Source: an uncultured Chloroflexia bacterium (GTDB lineage: Bacteria > Chloroflexota > Limnocylindria > Limnocylindrales > CSP1-4). Taken from it: a stretch of 64,000 nt of DNA. The notes under the pieces were generated by a model. That model was not told the origin of the DNA. It saw nothing but the letters and a program-made list of their open reading frames with translations, and searched no databases. The translations under genes and the position numbers were made by a program. Every line of letters begins with the position of its first letter. Position 1 is the stretch's first letter. Positions 19,432 to 28,827 of the stretch are shown here, piece after piece. Where the stretch lies: contig CAWBFV010000008.1 of assembly GCA_963788235.1 (NCBI GenBank), positions 512,062 through 576,061 on the forward strand. The letters are read 5' to 3'.

Positions 19432-21279
19432 ATGGACCTGCACGTCATCGGGCCCCTCGCCTTCCCCGCCGAGCGCGCCGCGGTCGACAGCGTGCTCGGG
19501 CAGCCCGAATCCGGCTGGGTCGGGGGCCCGCGCCGACCGGGGACCGAGGGGCACGCGTCGCGCGGCGGCCACGCGGTCCGTGCGCGGCGCTCCCAGCTGC
19601 TGCCGGCGCTCCACGCGGTCCAGGACCGCGTCGGGTGGATCAGCCAGCCGGCCCTCAACTACATCTCACGGCGGCTCGCCGTGCCGCCGGCCGAGGCGTA
19701 CGGCGTCGCGACCTTCTACGCGCTCTATGCGACCAAGCCAAGGCCGCCGGTCATGGCCCATGTCTGCGACGACATCGCGTGCCGGATCGCCGGCGCGGAA
19801 CGGATCTGCGATGACCTCGAGCGGGCGGTCGGGCCGGAGGGCGAGGCGGCGCGCGACGGGCAGGTCGGGTGGCTCCGGTCGCCGTGCCTGGGCCTGTGCG
19901 ACCTGGCACCGGCGGCCCTCATGACCGCAGCGGGCGAGGAGGCGTCGCTCGCCAGCGCCGCGCCGGTCGACGCCGCCGGGATCGTCGCGCGGCTCGAGGG
20001 CGCGGCGTTCGGTCGGCCGGCGCCGCGGCTGCCGCAAGCGGGCTCCGAGCACCTTCGCCTGTTGCGGCGCATCGGTGTCGTCGACCCGACGTCGCTCGAC
20101 GCGTACCGCGCGGATGGCGGCTACGAGGCGCTGTCGAAGGCGATGTCGATCGGCGCCGAGGCGGTCATCGCCGAGGTGACGGCGTCGAAGCTGATGGGTC
20201 GTGGCGGCGCCGCATTCCCGACCGGTCGCAAATGGGCCGCGGTCCGCGACCAGGCCGCGCAGCCGCACTACCTCGTGTGCAACGCCGACGAGTCGGAGCC
20301 GGGCACGTTCAAGGACCGCGTGCTCCTCGAGGGCGACCCGTTCGCGATCGTGGAGGCGATGACGATCGCGGCCTTCGCGACCGGTGCCAGCCAGGGCTAC
20401 CTGTACATCCGCGGCGAGTATCCCGAGGCGGATGCGCGGATCCGCGGCGCGATCGCTGCGGCGCGAGCAGCCGGCCTGCTCGGCGCCGACATCCAGGGCT
20501 CGGGCTTCGCGTTCGACATCGAGGTTCGCCGCGGGGCCGGGGCCTATATCTGCGGCGAGGAGACCGCGCTGTTCGAGTCGATCGAGGGCAAGCGCGGCGA
20601 GCCGCGCAACAAGCCGCCGTTCCCGGTCGAGGTCGGGCTGTTCGGCAAACCGACCGTCGTGAACAACGTCGAGACGCTCGCCAACGTGCCGCTGATCCTG
20701 GCGATGGGCGGCGATGCGTACGCCCGGATCGGGACGGAGGGATCGACGGGTCCCCGCCTGTTCTGCCTGTCTGGCCACGTCCAGCGGCCCGGCGTCTACG
20801 AGGTCGAGTTCGGTGCGACGCTGGGGGACCTGATCGGCATGGCCGGTGGCGTCCCGAACGACAAGGCGATCAAGGCCATCCTGCTCGGCGGCGCGGCGGG
20901 CGTCTTCGTCGGCCCCGACTCGCTCGATCTGCCGCTCACGTTCGAGGCGACGCGCGCCGCCGGCGCGACGCTCGGGTCGGGCGTGATCATGGTGTTCGAC
21001 GAGACCGTCGACCTCGTCGACACGCTCCGTCGGATCGCCCGGTTCTTCCGCGACGAGTCGTGTGGCCAGTGCGTCCCCTGCCGGGTCGGCAGCGTGCGCC
21101 AGGAGGAGCTCCTTGCCCGTCTTGCCGCGGGGTCGCACGTCCGCTCCCGGGAGGACGAACTCGGCCTGCTGCGCGAGATCGGCCAGGCGATGCGCGACGC
21201 ATCGATCTGCGGGCTTGGCCAGACCGCGTCATCGGCGATCGAGTCGGCGCTTCGGCAGCCGGGATTGGTCGCGCTGTGA
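19432..21279 (+). CDS. NAD-linked formate dehydrogenase diaphorase subunit, NuoE-NuoF (FdsG-FdsB-like) fusion
   Basis: NuoE-type 2Fe-2S cysteines (HVCDDIAC...SPCLGLC). NuoF motifs GRGGAAFPTGRKW and ESEPGTFKDR, and the 4Fe-4S motif ESCGQCVPCRVG. Confidence 0.9.
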   Translation: MDLHVIGPLAFPAERAAVDSVLGQPESGWVGGPRRPGTEGHASRGGHAVRARRSQLLPALHAVQDRVGWISQPALNYISRRLAVPPAEAYGVATFYALYATKPRPPVMAHVCDDIACRIAGAERICDDLERAVGPEGEAARDGQVGWLRSPCLGLCDLAPAALMTAAGEEASLASAAPVDAAGIVARLEGAAFGRPAPRLPQAGSEHLRLLRRIGVVDPTSLDAYRADGGYEALSKAMSIGAEAVIAEVTASKLMGRGGAAFPTGRKWAAVRDQAAQPHYLVCNADESEPGTFKDRVLLEGDPFAIVEAMTIAAFATGASQGYLYIRGEYPEADARIRGAIAAARAAGLLGADIQGSGFAFDIEVRRGAGAYICGEETALFESIEGKRGEPRNKPPFPVEVGLFGKPTVVNNVETLANVPLILAMGGDAYARIGTEGSTGPRLFCLSGHVQRPGVYEVEFGATLGDLIGMAGGVPNDKAIKAILLGGAAGVFVGPDSLDLPLTFEATRAAGATLGSGVIMVFDETVDLVDTLRRIARFFRDESCGQCVPCRVGSVRQEELLARLAAGSHVRSREDELGLLREIGQAMRDASICGLGQTASSAIESALRQPGLVAL

Positions 21280-22374
21280 CCCAGGACACGAGCGGGCTGT
21301 CGATGAGCCGCGACCCGGCGCCGGATCCGCGGTCGCCCCACGCCGGCCAGGCGCCTGCCGCGCAGCCGCTCACCGAGATCGTCCTGTTCCCGCCGGCCCG
21401 CCCCTCGAAGCCACCGGTGGCGCCACCGGTCGAGCCGCCACCGACCGTCGAGCTGACGATCGACGGGCAGACCGTCGCCGTCCCTGCGGGGACGACGATC
21501 CTCGGGTGCGTGCCGGGCGCTCGGCATCGACACGCCGACGCTGTGCTACGCCGAGAACCTGACGCCGGTCAACGTGTGCCGCGTCTGCGTGGTCGAGGTC
21601 ACCGGGTCGCGGGTGCTCGCCCCGGCCTGTTCGCGCAAGGTCGAGCCAGGGATGGAGGTCCAGACCGACACCGATCGCGTCCGGACCTCGCGCAAGGTCG
21701 TGCTGGAGTTCCTCGGCTCGTCGGTGGACGTGTCCTTGACCGGTCCGGCGACTCCCGACGGCACGATCCACGACTACATGGCCCGCTACGGCGCCGATCC
21801 GTCGCGCTACGGTCCGCCGGCGGAGGCCGCCCGCGCCGGGGAGCGCGACAGCCACGAGCCGGGGCATCATCACGCGCCTGCGGGCGATGCCACCACGGCC
21901 ACGGTGGCCCAGCCGACGAAGGTCGACAACGACCTCTATGTCCGCGACTACTCGAAGTGCATCCTCTGCTACAAGTGCGTCGAGGCGTGCGGCGAGGACG
22001 CGCAGAACACGTTCGCGATCGCGGTGGCCGGCCGCGGGTTCGATGCCCGCATCTCGACCGAGCAGGCCGTCCCGCTGCCGGAGTCGGCGTGCGTGTACTG
22101 CGGCAACTGCATCGGCGTGTGCCCGACCGGCGCGTTGATGGCCAAGCCCGAGTACGACATGCGGGCGGCCGGCACCTGGGATGAATCGGCCCAGACCGTC
22201 ACGAGCACGATCTGCCCGTACTGCGGCGTCGGCTGCGTGGTCGACCTGCACGTCCAGGACGACCGCATCCTGAAGGTGACGTCGCCGCTCGACTCATCGG
22301 TGACCGGTGGCCACCTGTGCATCAAGGGCCGGTTCGGCTTCGAGTTCGTGAACGAGCGGCCGCAGCAGGGCTAA
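21276..22374 (+). pseudogene. Formate dehydrogenase alpha, N-terminal Fe-S module only (NuoG-like), reading frame broken near 21505
   Basis: GTG overlaps the nuoF-like stop (GTGA). ...VELTIDGQTVAVPAGTTILG is in one frame and ACRALGIDTPTLCYAENLTPVNVCRVCVVEV... is in the next, consistent with an extra G in the GGG run at 21504-21506. Two ferredoxin-type CxxCxxCxxxC motifs follow. The Molybdop_Fe4S4 motif ICPYCGVGC...GHLCIKGRFGFEFVN is followed 6 codons later by the stop. Confidence 0.8.
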
Positions 22375-23135
22375 CGACCCACCGCAACCCCGCGTGGTGG
22401 ACCATCCAGGATGCTCACGGTCGTGCCGTCGATCCGGATCCAGACGATCGCGTCACCCGGCCACGGCGATCCTGCGCAGAGCGAATCGAAGGCTGCTCGC
22501 GACGACGCTGGATAGGCTGCTCGCAGGGTCGATTCGAACGAGCGAGCGACGGCCCGCGTCGCCTCAGTCGAGCGGATGACGAGGAGCTTCGATACGGGCG
22601 GGATCGGCCCACCTCCGACGATCGCCGAAGATCCGATGGCGGCTGCCTTCTCGGCGATCCAACGAAGTTGCTGCTCGAGTCTGGGCAAGGCCGATTGGAA
22701 CTCGGAAACCACCAGGACCGGTCGATCACGGCGCTCGAAGACGGCATCGATGACGCCCCTCGACGGCCGTGAGACTGGGACTTCGAGGTGCGGCCGCCAG
22801 ACTGCGTGCAGGTGCCGAAGTACTGCCTCGACCATCGCTGCCTGATGGCGGTCGGTGAGCCTGGCACCGACCCCCGCGTAAAGCCGGACGGATACGTCTG
22901 CCCCGAGCGCGGCAGCACACGCCACGAGGGCCTCGAGGCTCGGATGCGCCAAACCGCGCTCGATCCGTGCGACATACGTGCGATCGATGCCGGCCGCAGC
23001 CGCCACCTCTGTCACGCTGGCTCCCGCATCCATGCGTGCCTGCATGAGGTCGTCGCCGAGCTTGCGCTCGATCCGACGCAGACGCTCTCGCACGGATTGC
23101 CGAATCACTCGCGAGCGCGGAACGCGTCTGCCCAT
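22371..23135 (-). CDS. XRE-family HTH regulator with uncharacterised C-terminal domain (paralog of 53458..54189)
   Basis: HTH segment ASVTEVAAAAGIDRTYVARIERG. The roughly 170-aa C-terminal domain includes GVIDAVFERRDRPVLVVSEFQS. Its stop overlaps the convergent FDH Fe-S gene stop. Confidence 0.7.
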   Translation of the reverse strand: MGRRVPRSRVIRQSVRERLRRIERKLGDDLMQARMDAGASVTEVAAAAGIDRTYVARIERGLAHPSLEALVACAAALGADVSVRLYAGVGARLTDRHQAAMVEAVLRHLHAVWRPHLEVPVSRPSRGVIDAVFERRDRPVLVVSEFQSALPRLEQQLRWIAEKAAAIGSSAIVGGGPIPPVSKLLVIRSTEATRAVARSFESTLRAAYPASSRAAFDSLCAGSPWPGDAIVWIRIDGTTVSILDGPPRGVAVGR

Positions 23136-23363
23136 CCTTGAATGAAAGCAGCGACCCCTTATCTGCGGGTTGTGTCCGCGACGGGACTGGCAGACGGCTG
23201 GCAGAGGTCGAAGCTGCCAAGTCGGGCCTCATCGAGGCATTTTCGGGACCTAGATGCCCGCCGACGGGTCAAGGGACGGGTGAACGATGCGTTCGAGCCC
23301 GATCTGCAGTCTGCCAGGCCCGTGACAGGGTGGGGGCCGGCGATCCGTGCAGGGACTCGCCAC

Positions 23364-24254
23364 CTAGCCCCAGCCGGTCAGGTCGCGCAGGTCGATCCGG
23401 CGGTCGTGGCTGTACACGTTGAAGCCATCGCCCCGCAGGAAGCCCACGAGCGTCACGCCGAGCCGCTCGGCGGTCTCGACCGCCAGGTCCGATGGGGCCG
23501 ACACCGCCGCGAGGATCGGTGCCCCCGCGATCGCGGCTTTCTGGACGATCTCGAAGCTCACGCGCCCCGACACCATCACGATCCGGTCGTGCAGGGGCAG
23601 CGCGCCGGCCAGCAGCTGTGCCCCGATCAGCTTGTCGAGCGCGTTGTGCCGCCCGACGTCCTCGCGGATGTCGATGAGCTCGCCATGCGGCGAGAACAGC
23701 GCCGCCGCGTGCAGGCCACCGGTGGCGTCGAAGGCGCGCTGCGCGGCCCGCAACAGGTCGGGGAGTGCCAGGATCACGGTCCGCGGCACGACCGGGCCCT
23801 CGGGCAGGATGTCGCAGCGGAGCGCGATCTCGTCGATCGACGCCTTGCCGCAGATGCCGCACGACGCCGTCGCCACGAAATGGCGCTCGGCGACCGCGCT
23901 GTCGTCGAACGGCACCGTGAGCCGCACGATGATGGTGTCGTCGGGCTGGTTGAGCGTGACGGGATCGCCGGCCTCCCACGACTCGACCTCGTGCCCCTCG
24001 ATCAAGCCCTCGGTCCGGAGGAACCCGACCGCCAGCTCCGCCTCGTGGCCGGGTGTGCGCATCGTCACCGCGACCGCGACCGGCTCCTGGCCCGGCCCGG
24101 CGGCCCGGATCTCCAACGGTGCTTCGCCGACGACGCGATCGGCGCGGACCTCCAGGGTGTCGCCGCGGACCGTGACCACCGAGCGCGTCGTGATGTGGCG
24201 CGTCGGCGAGACGTGCGAGGGCTGCGCGGTCGCCGGATCGGTCGAATGGGTCAT
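23364..24254 (-). CDS. fdhD: Formate dehydrogenase accessory sulfurtransferase
   Basis: SCGICGK catalytic loop and EDVGRHNALDKLIG motif. Confidence 0.9.
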   Translation of the reverse strand: MTHSTDPATAQPSHVSPTRHITTRSVVTVRGDTLEVRADRVVGEAPLEIRAAGPGQEPVAVAVTMRTPGHEAELAVGFLRTEGLIEGHEVESWEAGDPVTLNQPDDTIIVRLTVPFDDSAVAERHFVATASCGICGKASIDEIALRCDILPEGPVVPRTVILALPDLLRAAQRAFDATGGLHAAALFSPHGELIDIREDVGRHNALDKLIGAQLLAGALPLHDRIVMVSGRVSFEIVQKAAIAGAPILAAVSAPSDLAVETAERLGVTLVGFLRGDGFNVYSHDRRIDLRDLTGWG

Positions 24255-24277
24255 CGATCGCGAGTGTAGCGGCGGCC

Positions 24278-25516
24278 TCAGGCGGGCCGGTCGAGGTAGA
24301 GGGCCGTCCCCATCGGGCGCAGGCAGTGCGTCGAGGCCATCGCCTGGTGGTAGGCGCCGGCATTGAGGATCGCGATGACGTCGCCTTCCTCGACCGGCGG
24401 CATCGGGTAGTCCTCGGCGAACACGTCACTCGCCTCGTTGATGTGCCCCGCGACCGTGACCCGCTCGGTGCGCTCGGCCGCCGCGTCGCGGCACAGCACG
24501 AGCTCCTGGGCGAAGCCGTAGATGAAGTAGGCGCAGTCGACGTTCCAGCCGATATCGAGCCCGACGAACGTGACGCCGCGACGCGTCTCGATCGTGACGA
24601 CCTCGCCGAGCAGGATCGCGGCATCCTTGGCGAGCCCGTCGCCCGGCTCGGCCGCGACGACGACGTCCAACGGCCCGAGGTGCCGGGCAACCACGGCTGC
24701 GTACGCGTCGAGATCGACGGACGCCTCGTCGGCGCGGGCACGAACGCCGACCCCGCCACCGACATTGACCTCGCCGACGGCGTGACCCGCCGCCCGAACC
24801 CGCTCCACGGCCTCGACCGCTGCTCGGAGCGCGCCCTCGAAGCCCGCGAGACCGTCGGCGAGCCAGCCCGAGCCAGCGTGGAAGTGGATCGTGTCGACCC
24901 GCAGCGCGTGCCGAGCCACCGACGCCAAGGCATCGTCGAGACGGTCCAGGCCGATCCCGAACTTGGTCGGTCGGACGCCGCTGTATTCGAGCTCGGCGTT
25001 GTAGCCGGCGCCGGTCGCGGGGTCGATCCGGATCCCGATGCGCCCGCCCGGCGCGCGCCGACCGTATCGCTCGATCTGGCTGATCGCATCGAGGTTGACG
25101 TGGATGTCGTGCTCGAGCAACACGTCGAGGTCGCGCTCCGAGACGTTGGTCCCGGTGTAGCTGATCTCGTCGGCGCGCCAGCCGCAGTCGATCGCCCGGA
25201 GGACCTCGCCGGGCGAGCAGGCGTCGATGCCGACGCTCTCCGGGGCGCCGGGCTCGCCCAGGGACCGGAACTGCGCGAGGACCTCAGGGGCCGGGTTCGC
25301 CTTCAGCGCGAACCGCAGCCGGAAGGGCACACCGGTGGCCGCGAACGCGCGCTGCCACGCCCGGGCGTTCTCGCGATACCGGGCAAGGTCATAGGCGAAG
25401 AGCGGCGTCCCGTGGCGCCGCGTGAGCGTCTCGGCGTCCTCTCCGGCGATCAGCAACCGCCCGTCCACGACCTCGAGCCCGGGGCGCACCCACCAGGGCG
25501 CGGTGGCCACGATCAT
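24278..25516 (-). CDS. PLP-dependent decarboxylase, Orn/DAP/Arg decarboxylase family 2 (diaminopimelate decarboxylase-like)
   Basis: FALKANP PLP-lysine motif, HFHAGSG, EPGDGL and NAGAYHQAMAS motifs. Confidence 0.8.
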   Translation of the reverse strand: MIVATAPWWVRPGLEVVDGRLLIAGEDAETLTRRHGTPLFAYDLARYRENARAWQRAFAATGVPFRLRFALKANPAPEVLAQFRSLGEPGAPESVGIDACSPGEVLRAIDCGWRADEISYTGTNVSERDLDVLLEHDIHVNLDAISQIERYGRRAPGGRIGIRIDPATGAGYNAELEYSGVRPTKFGIGLDRLDDALASVARHALRVDTIHFHAGSGWLADGLAGFEGALRAAVEAVERVRAAGHAVGEVNVGGGVGVRARADEASVDLDAYAAVVARHLGPLDVVVAAEPGDGLAKDAAILLGEVVTIETRRGVTFVGLDIGWNVDCAYFIYGFAQELVLCRDAAAERTERVTVAGHINEASDVFAEDYPMPPVEEGDVIAILNAGAYHQAMASTHCLRPMGTALYLDRPA

Positions 25517-25561
25517 CGCGCGCGCTCGGCGATCATCGCGGCTCGACGGGGCGCGCGGGGG

Positions 25562-25831
25562 CTAGGCGAGGACGCGCTGGCGGGCGCGCGGTCGACCACT
25601 GCCCGGGGTCCAGCGGTCGGGCCCCTCCTCGACGTCGACGCCGATCGACTCGATCAGCCGACGACCGGCGTCCGCCACGTCGGCGATGGCGGCGTCGAAG
25701 GCCTCGCGGTTCGCCGCACTCGGCTCGCGGTAGCCGCTGAGCTTGCGGACGAACTGGCGGGCGGCCGCCTCCAGCTCGCCGGTCGTCGCCGCTTCGCCCG
25801 GACGACGCAGGGTCTTGATGCTTCGGCACAT
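25562..25831 (-). CDS. DUF2277 domain protein
   Basis: MCRSIKTLRRPGEAATTGELEAAARQFVRKLSGY matches the conserved DUF2277 N-terminus as I remember it. Confidence 0.65.
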   Translation of the reverse strand: MCRSIKTLRRPGEAATTGELEAAARQFVRKLSGYREPSAANREAFDAAIADVADAGRRLIESIGVDVEEGPDRWTPGSGRPRARQRVLA

Positions 25832-26020
25832 GCCCGTACGGTACGCGCGATCGGACGGTGCCGCACGTCACCGGTTGGGTGGAGGAGGGTGGTGCGGAGA
25901 TGTGCCGTCTCTGGACTGGTCGCGTATCCTGCTTACCCCAGTCGTTCATCCGTCCCCGTCGAAGGTCCTACTCGGTTCGGTGGACGCAACGGACTCATCA
26001 ATAGGGGGATCCATCGGCTC

Positions 26021-28705
26021 ATGAACCATGTCGTTCGCGTTGGGCGTCGCTCGACAACAGCCCTGATCTCGGCCGGATTGGCGACACTGATCGCCGCCAC
26101 CACGGTGTTCGCGTCGACGCCGGTGACCGTCGGCTACCGCGACCAGTCGTACGGTGGCGGTGTCTTCCGACCCTCGGCCGACAAGCCGCAGTCGAAGCTC
26201 TGGTACACCGACGGGGCCTGGTTCGCCGGGATGTTCCTGTATCAGACGTCGCCGCTCCCGAGGTCCGAGAACCGGATCTATCGACGTGACAGCAGTCACT
26301 CCTGGAACGTCACGTCGACGGTCGTCGACACCCGTGACAACTCCCACGCCGACTACCTGTGGAACGAGGCGACCCAGACGCTGTACGTGGCCTCGGTGGT
26401 GCCGATGCCCGCGACCGTCCCCACGACCGCGATCGATGACGGCGTCAAGATCTTCAAGTACAGCTACAACGCAGCCTCGAACACCTATACCGCAGCGGCG
26501 GGCTTCCCGAAGCTGATCGCCGGCACCGCCTCGGTCGCCAACGTCTCCCGAGGCGGGTCGCAGACCGTGACGATCGCGCTCGACTCGACCGGCGACCTGT
26601 GGGCCGTCTGGCTGGCCAACAACGAAGTCCGCTATAGCAAGTCCGATGACAGCGGCGTGACCTGGTCGGCGTCTGCGCAGCTCCCCGCGCAGGCCGGCAA
26701 CAGCATCGTGGCCGATGCCGTGGACGACGCGAACGACTCGACCGCGGTCATCGCCTACGGCGCCGGGAGTCCGGACAAGATCGGCATCGCCTGGAGCGAC
26801 CAGGACGGTCTCCCCGCCCTGAGCGACAACGGCTTCTACTTCGCGACGATCAACGCCGGTGACGACCCGACGGTCGGCGGCAACTGGACGACCGCCAAGC
26901 TTCCGACGCTGGTCGCGACCAGCCAGGTCGCCGACGGCCACATCAGCATCAAGACCACCAGCGACGGCAGCGTCTATATGGCCGGCAAGACGACCCAGGA
27001 CACGGCGAACTGCGCCACCAACAAGGAACGCGTCCTGTATGAGTTCTTCGCCCGCACGCCTGCCGGAACGTGGAGCGCCCACCTGCTCGGCACCGTGGGT
27101 GACTGCAACACGCGTGCGCAGATCGTCATCAGCGAGCAGCTCGACACCGCGTATGCGTTCATGACCGCGCCGAACGGCGGCGGGGTCGTCTACCGCAAGA
27201 GCGCTCCGCTCAGCGGCTCGGATGCGTACGAGTTCCGCGGCGCCGCCGACCAGACGCTCCAGCCCGGTACGCCGTTCATCAAGAGCGCGACCGAAACGCT
27301 GATCGACGATTCGTCGACGACCAAGCAGGTCGTCACGTCCACCACGGGCATCGTCGTGATCGCCGACAACCTCACGCGGGTCGGCACCGCGAACGCCAAG
27401 TACTACCTCCACAACGAGATGTCGCTGCCGGCAGCCGACTCGACCGCGCCCGTCGGCACGGCGACGATCAATGCCGGTGCCACGACGACCACCTCGGCCG
27501 ACGTCTCGGTCGCGGTGCCCGCGACGGATACGGGCGGCAGTGCCGTCAGCCTCGTCCGGGTCTCGAACAGCTCGGCGACAACCGGCGGCGTCCTGACCAC
27601 CGGCACGACGTTCGTCTACGACACCCCCGTCGCCTGGACCCTGGCGGGTGGTGGTGACGGGACCAAGACGGTCTACGTCCAGTGGCGCGACAGCGCTGGC
27701 AACTGGTCAGTGCCGGTCAACGACACGATCGTCCTGGATGCGACCGCGCCGACAGGCACGGTCGAGATCAACAGCGGCGACGCCGAGACCACGACCGCAG
27801 CGGTGACCCTCGGCCTGACGACCGATGACGGCACCGGCACGGGCACCACGCAGGTGCTGATCTCGAACACCGCCGACTTCGCCGGCGCCACGCCGCAGGC
27901 GTACGCCGCATCGATCCCGTGGACCCTCCCGGGTGGCAACGGCCCCAAGACCGTCTACGTGAAGTTCATCGACGCGGCCGGCAACGTCTCGGCGCCGGTC
28001 AGCGATGGGATCACGCTCAACTCGCCGGACGTCACGGCACCGAGCGCTCCGGGCGTGCCCAAGCACGTCCTCGCCGGCGCCTCGACGTGGGGCATCCCGC
28101 TTCGCATCTCGTGGACGGCCGGCGTGGATCCGGCAGGACCGAGCAGCGGCGTCGCCGGGTACAACGTCCAGCAGTCCGTCAACGGCGCGGCGTTCACCAC
28201 GATCGCCACGACCACCGGATCCGGGACCAGCCTCGACCTCGTGCTCAGCAACACCAGCAAGACCTATCGGTATCGCGTCCAGACGCGAGACCTCTCGGGC
28301 AACGTCAGCGGCTTCGCGACCGGCCCGACGTTCAAGGCGATCAGCTACAACGAGCAGAACGCCGTGATCGCGTACTCCGGGACGTGGTATCTCGCCAGCG
28401 CACCGACGTACATCGGCGGCAAGGCGAAGTACGCCACGGCCGCCAACGCGTCCGCGACAGCATCGATCAACGGCAGCCGCGTCGGCTGGCTCGGTCGCAC
28501 GGGCCCGACCTCCGGCACTGCCAAGGTCTATATCGATGGCACGCTCAAGGCGACCATCAACCTCTATGCGGCGACCACCGGCATCCGGAAGCTGCTGTTC
28601 ACGCAGTCGTGGGCGGCAGTCGGCAACCACAAGCTCAAGATCGTGGTGAGCGGCACCGCCGGTCACCCACGCGTCACGCTCGACCAGATCCTGGTCCTTC
28701 GGTAA
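26021..28705 (+). CDS. Large secreted multidomain protein (beta-propeller/BNR-like + 2 Ig-like repeats + FN3 + C-terminal sugar-binding-like module)
   Basis: Signal peptide (ALISAGLATLIAATTVFA), PQSKLWYTDGAWFAG propeller-like region with SDDSGVTW, two roughly 100-aa repeats, an FN3-like segment, and a C-terminal SGTW...GTAKVYIDG...HKLKIVVSG module. Confidence 0.7.
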   Translation: MNHVVRVGRRSTTALISAGLATLIAATTVFASTPVTVGYRDQSYGGGVFRPSADKPQSKLWYTDGAWFAGMFLYQTSPLPRSENRIYRRDSSHSWNVTSTVVDTRDNSHADYLWNEATQTLYVASVVPMPATVPTTAIDDGVKIFKYSYNAASNTYTAAAGFPKLIAGTASVANVSRGGSQTVTIALDSTGDLWAVWLANNEVRYSKSDDSGVTWSASAQLPAQAGNSIVADAVDDANDSTAVIAYGAGSPDKIGIAWSDQDGLPALSDNGFYFATINAGDDPTVGGNWTTAKLPTLVATSQVADGHISIKTTSDGSVYMAGKTTQDTANCATNKERVLYEFFARTPAGTWSAHLLGTVGDCNTRAQIVISEQLDTAYAFMTAPNGGGVVYRKSAPLSGSDAYEFRGAADQTLQPGTPFIKSATETLIDDSSTTKQVVTSTTGIVVIADNLTRVGTANAKYYLHNEMSLPAADSTAPVGTATINAGATTTTSADVSVAVPATDTGGSAVSLVRVSNSSATTGGVLTTGTTFVYDTPVAWTLAGGGDGTKTVYVQWRDSAGNWSVPVNDTIVLDATAPTGTVEINSGDAETTTAAVTLGLTTDDGTGTGTTQVLISNTADFAGATPQAYAASIPWTLPGGNGPKTVYVKFIDAAGNVSAPVSDGITLNSPDVTAPSAPGVPKHVLAGASTWGIPLRISWTAGVDPAGPSSGVAGYNVQQSVNGAAFTTIATTTGSGTSLDLVLSNTSKTYRYRVQTRDLSGNVSGFATGPTFKAISYNEQNAVIAYSGTWYLASAPTYIGGKAKYATAANASATASINGSRVGWLGRTGPTSGTAKVYIDGTLKATINLYAATTGIRKLLFTQSWAAVGNHKLKIVVSGTAGHPRVTLDQILVLR
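27436..28024 (+). repeat. Two tandem ~100-aa coding repeats (Ig-like modules) inside the secreted protein gene
   Basis: D-x-TAP-x-GT-x-x-IN-x-G ... SN ... W-TL-x-GG-x-G-x-KTVYV-x-x-x-D-x-AGN-x-S-x-PV-x-D appears twice, starting at about 27436 and about 27737. Confidence 0.5.
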
Positions 28706-28797
28706 CCGCGTCGATCGGTCGGGGTGGTCGCCGTCAAGGCGGCGGCCCTCCGGCCGACCGGCTCATCCGCCACCTCGCGGCGGACGCGGGAGGCCAT

Positions 28798-28817
28798 CAG
28801 GTCGACTGGTCGACCTG
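28798..28817. terminator. Perfect 9-bp-arm palindrome between convergent genes
   Basis: CAGGTCGAC-TG-GTCGACCTG lies between the end of the secreted protein gene (28705) and the RlpA-like gene (28828). No T tract. Confidence 0.3.
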
Positions 28818-28827
28818 CGTCCCCGGG

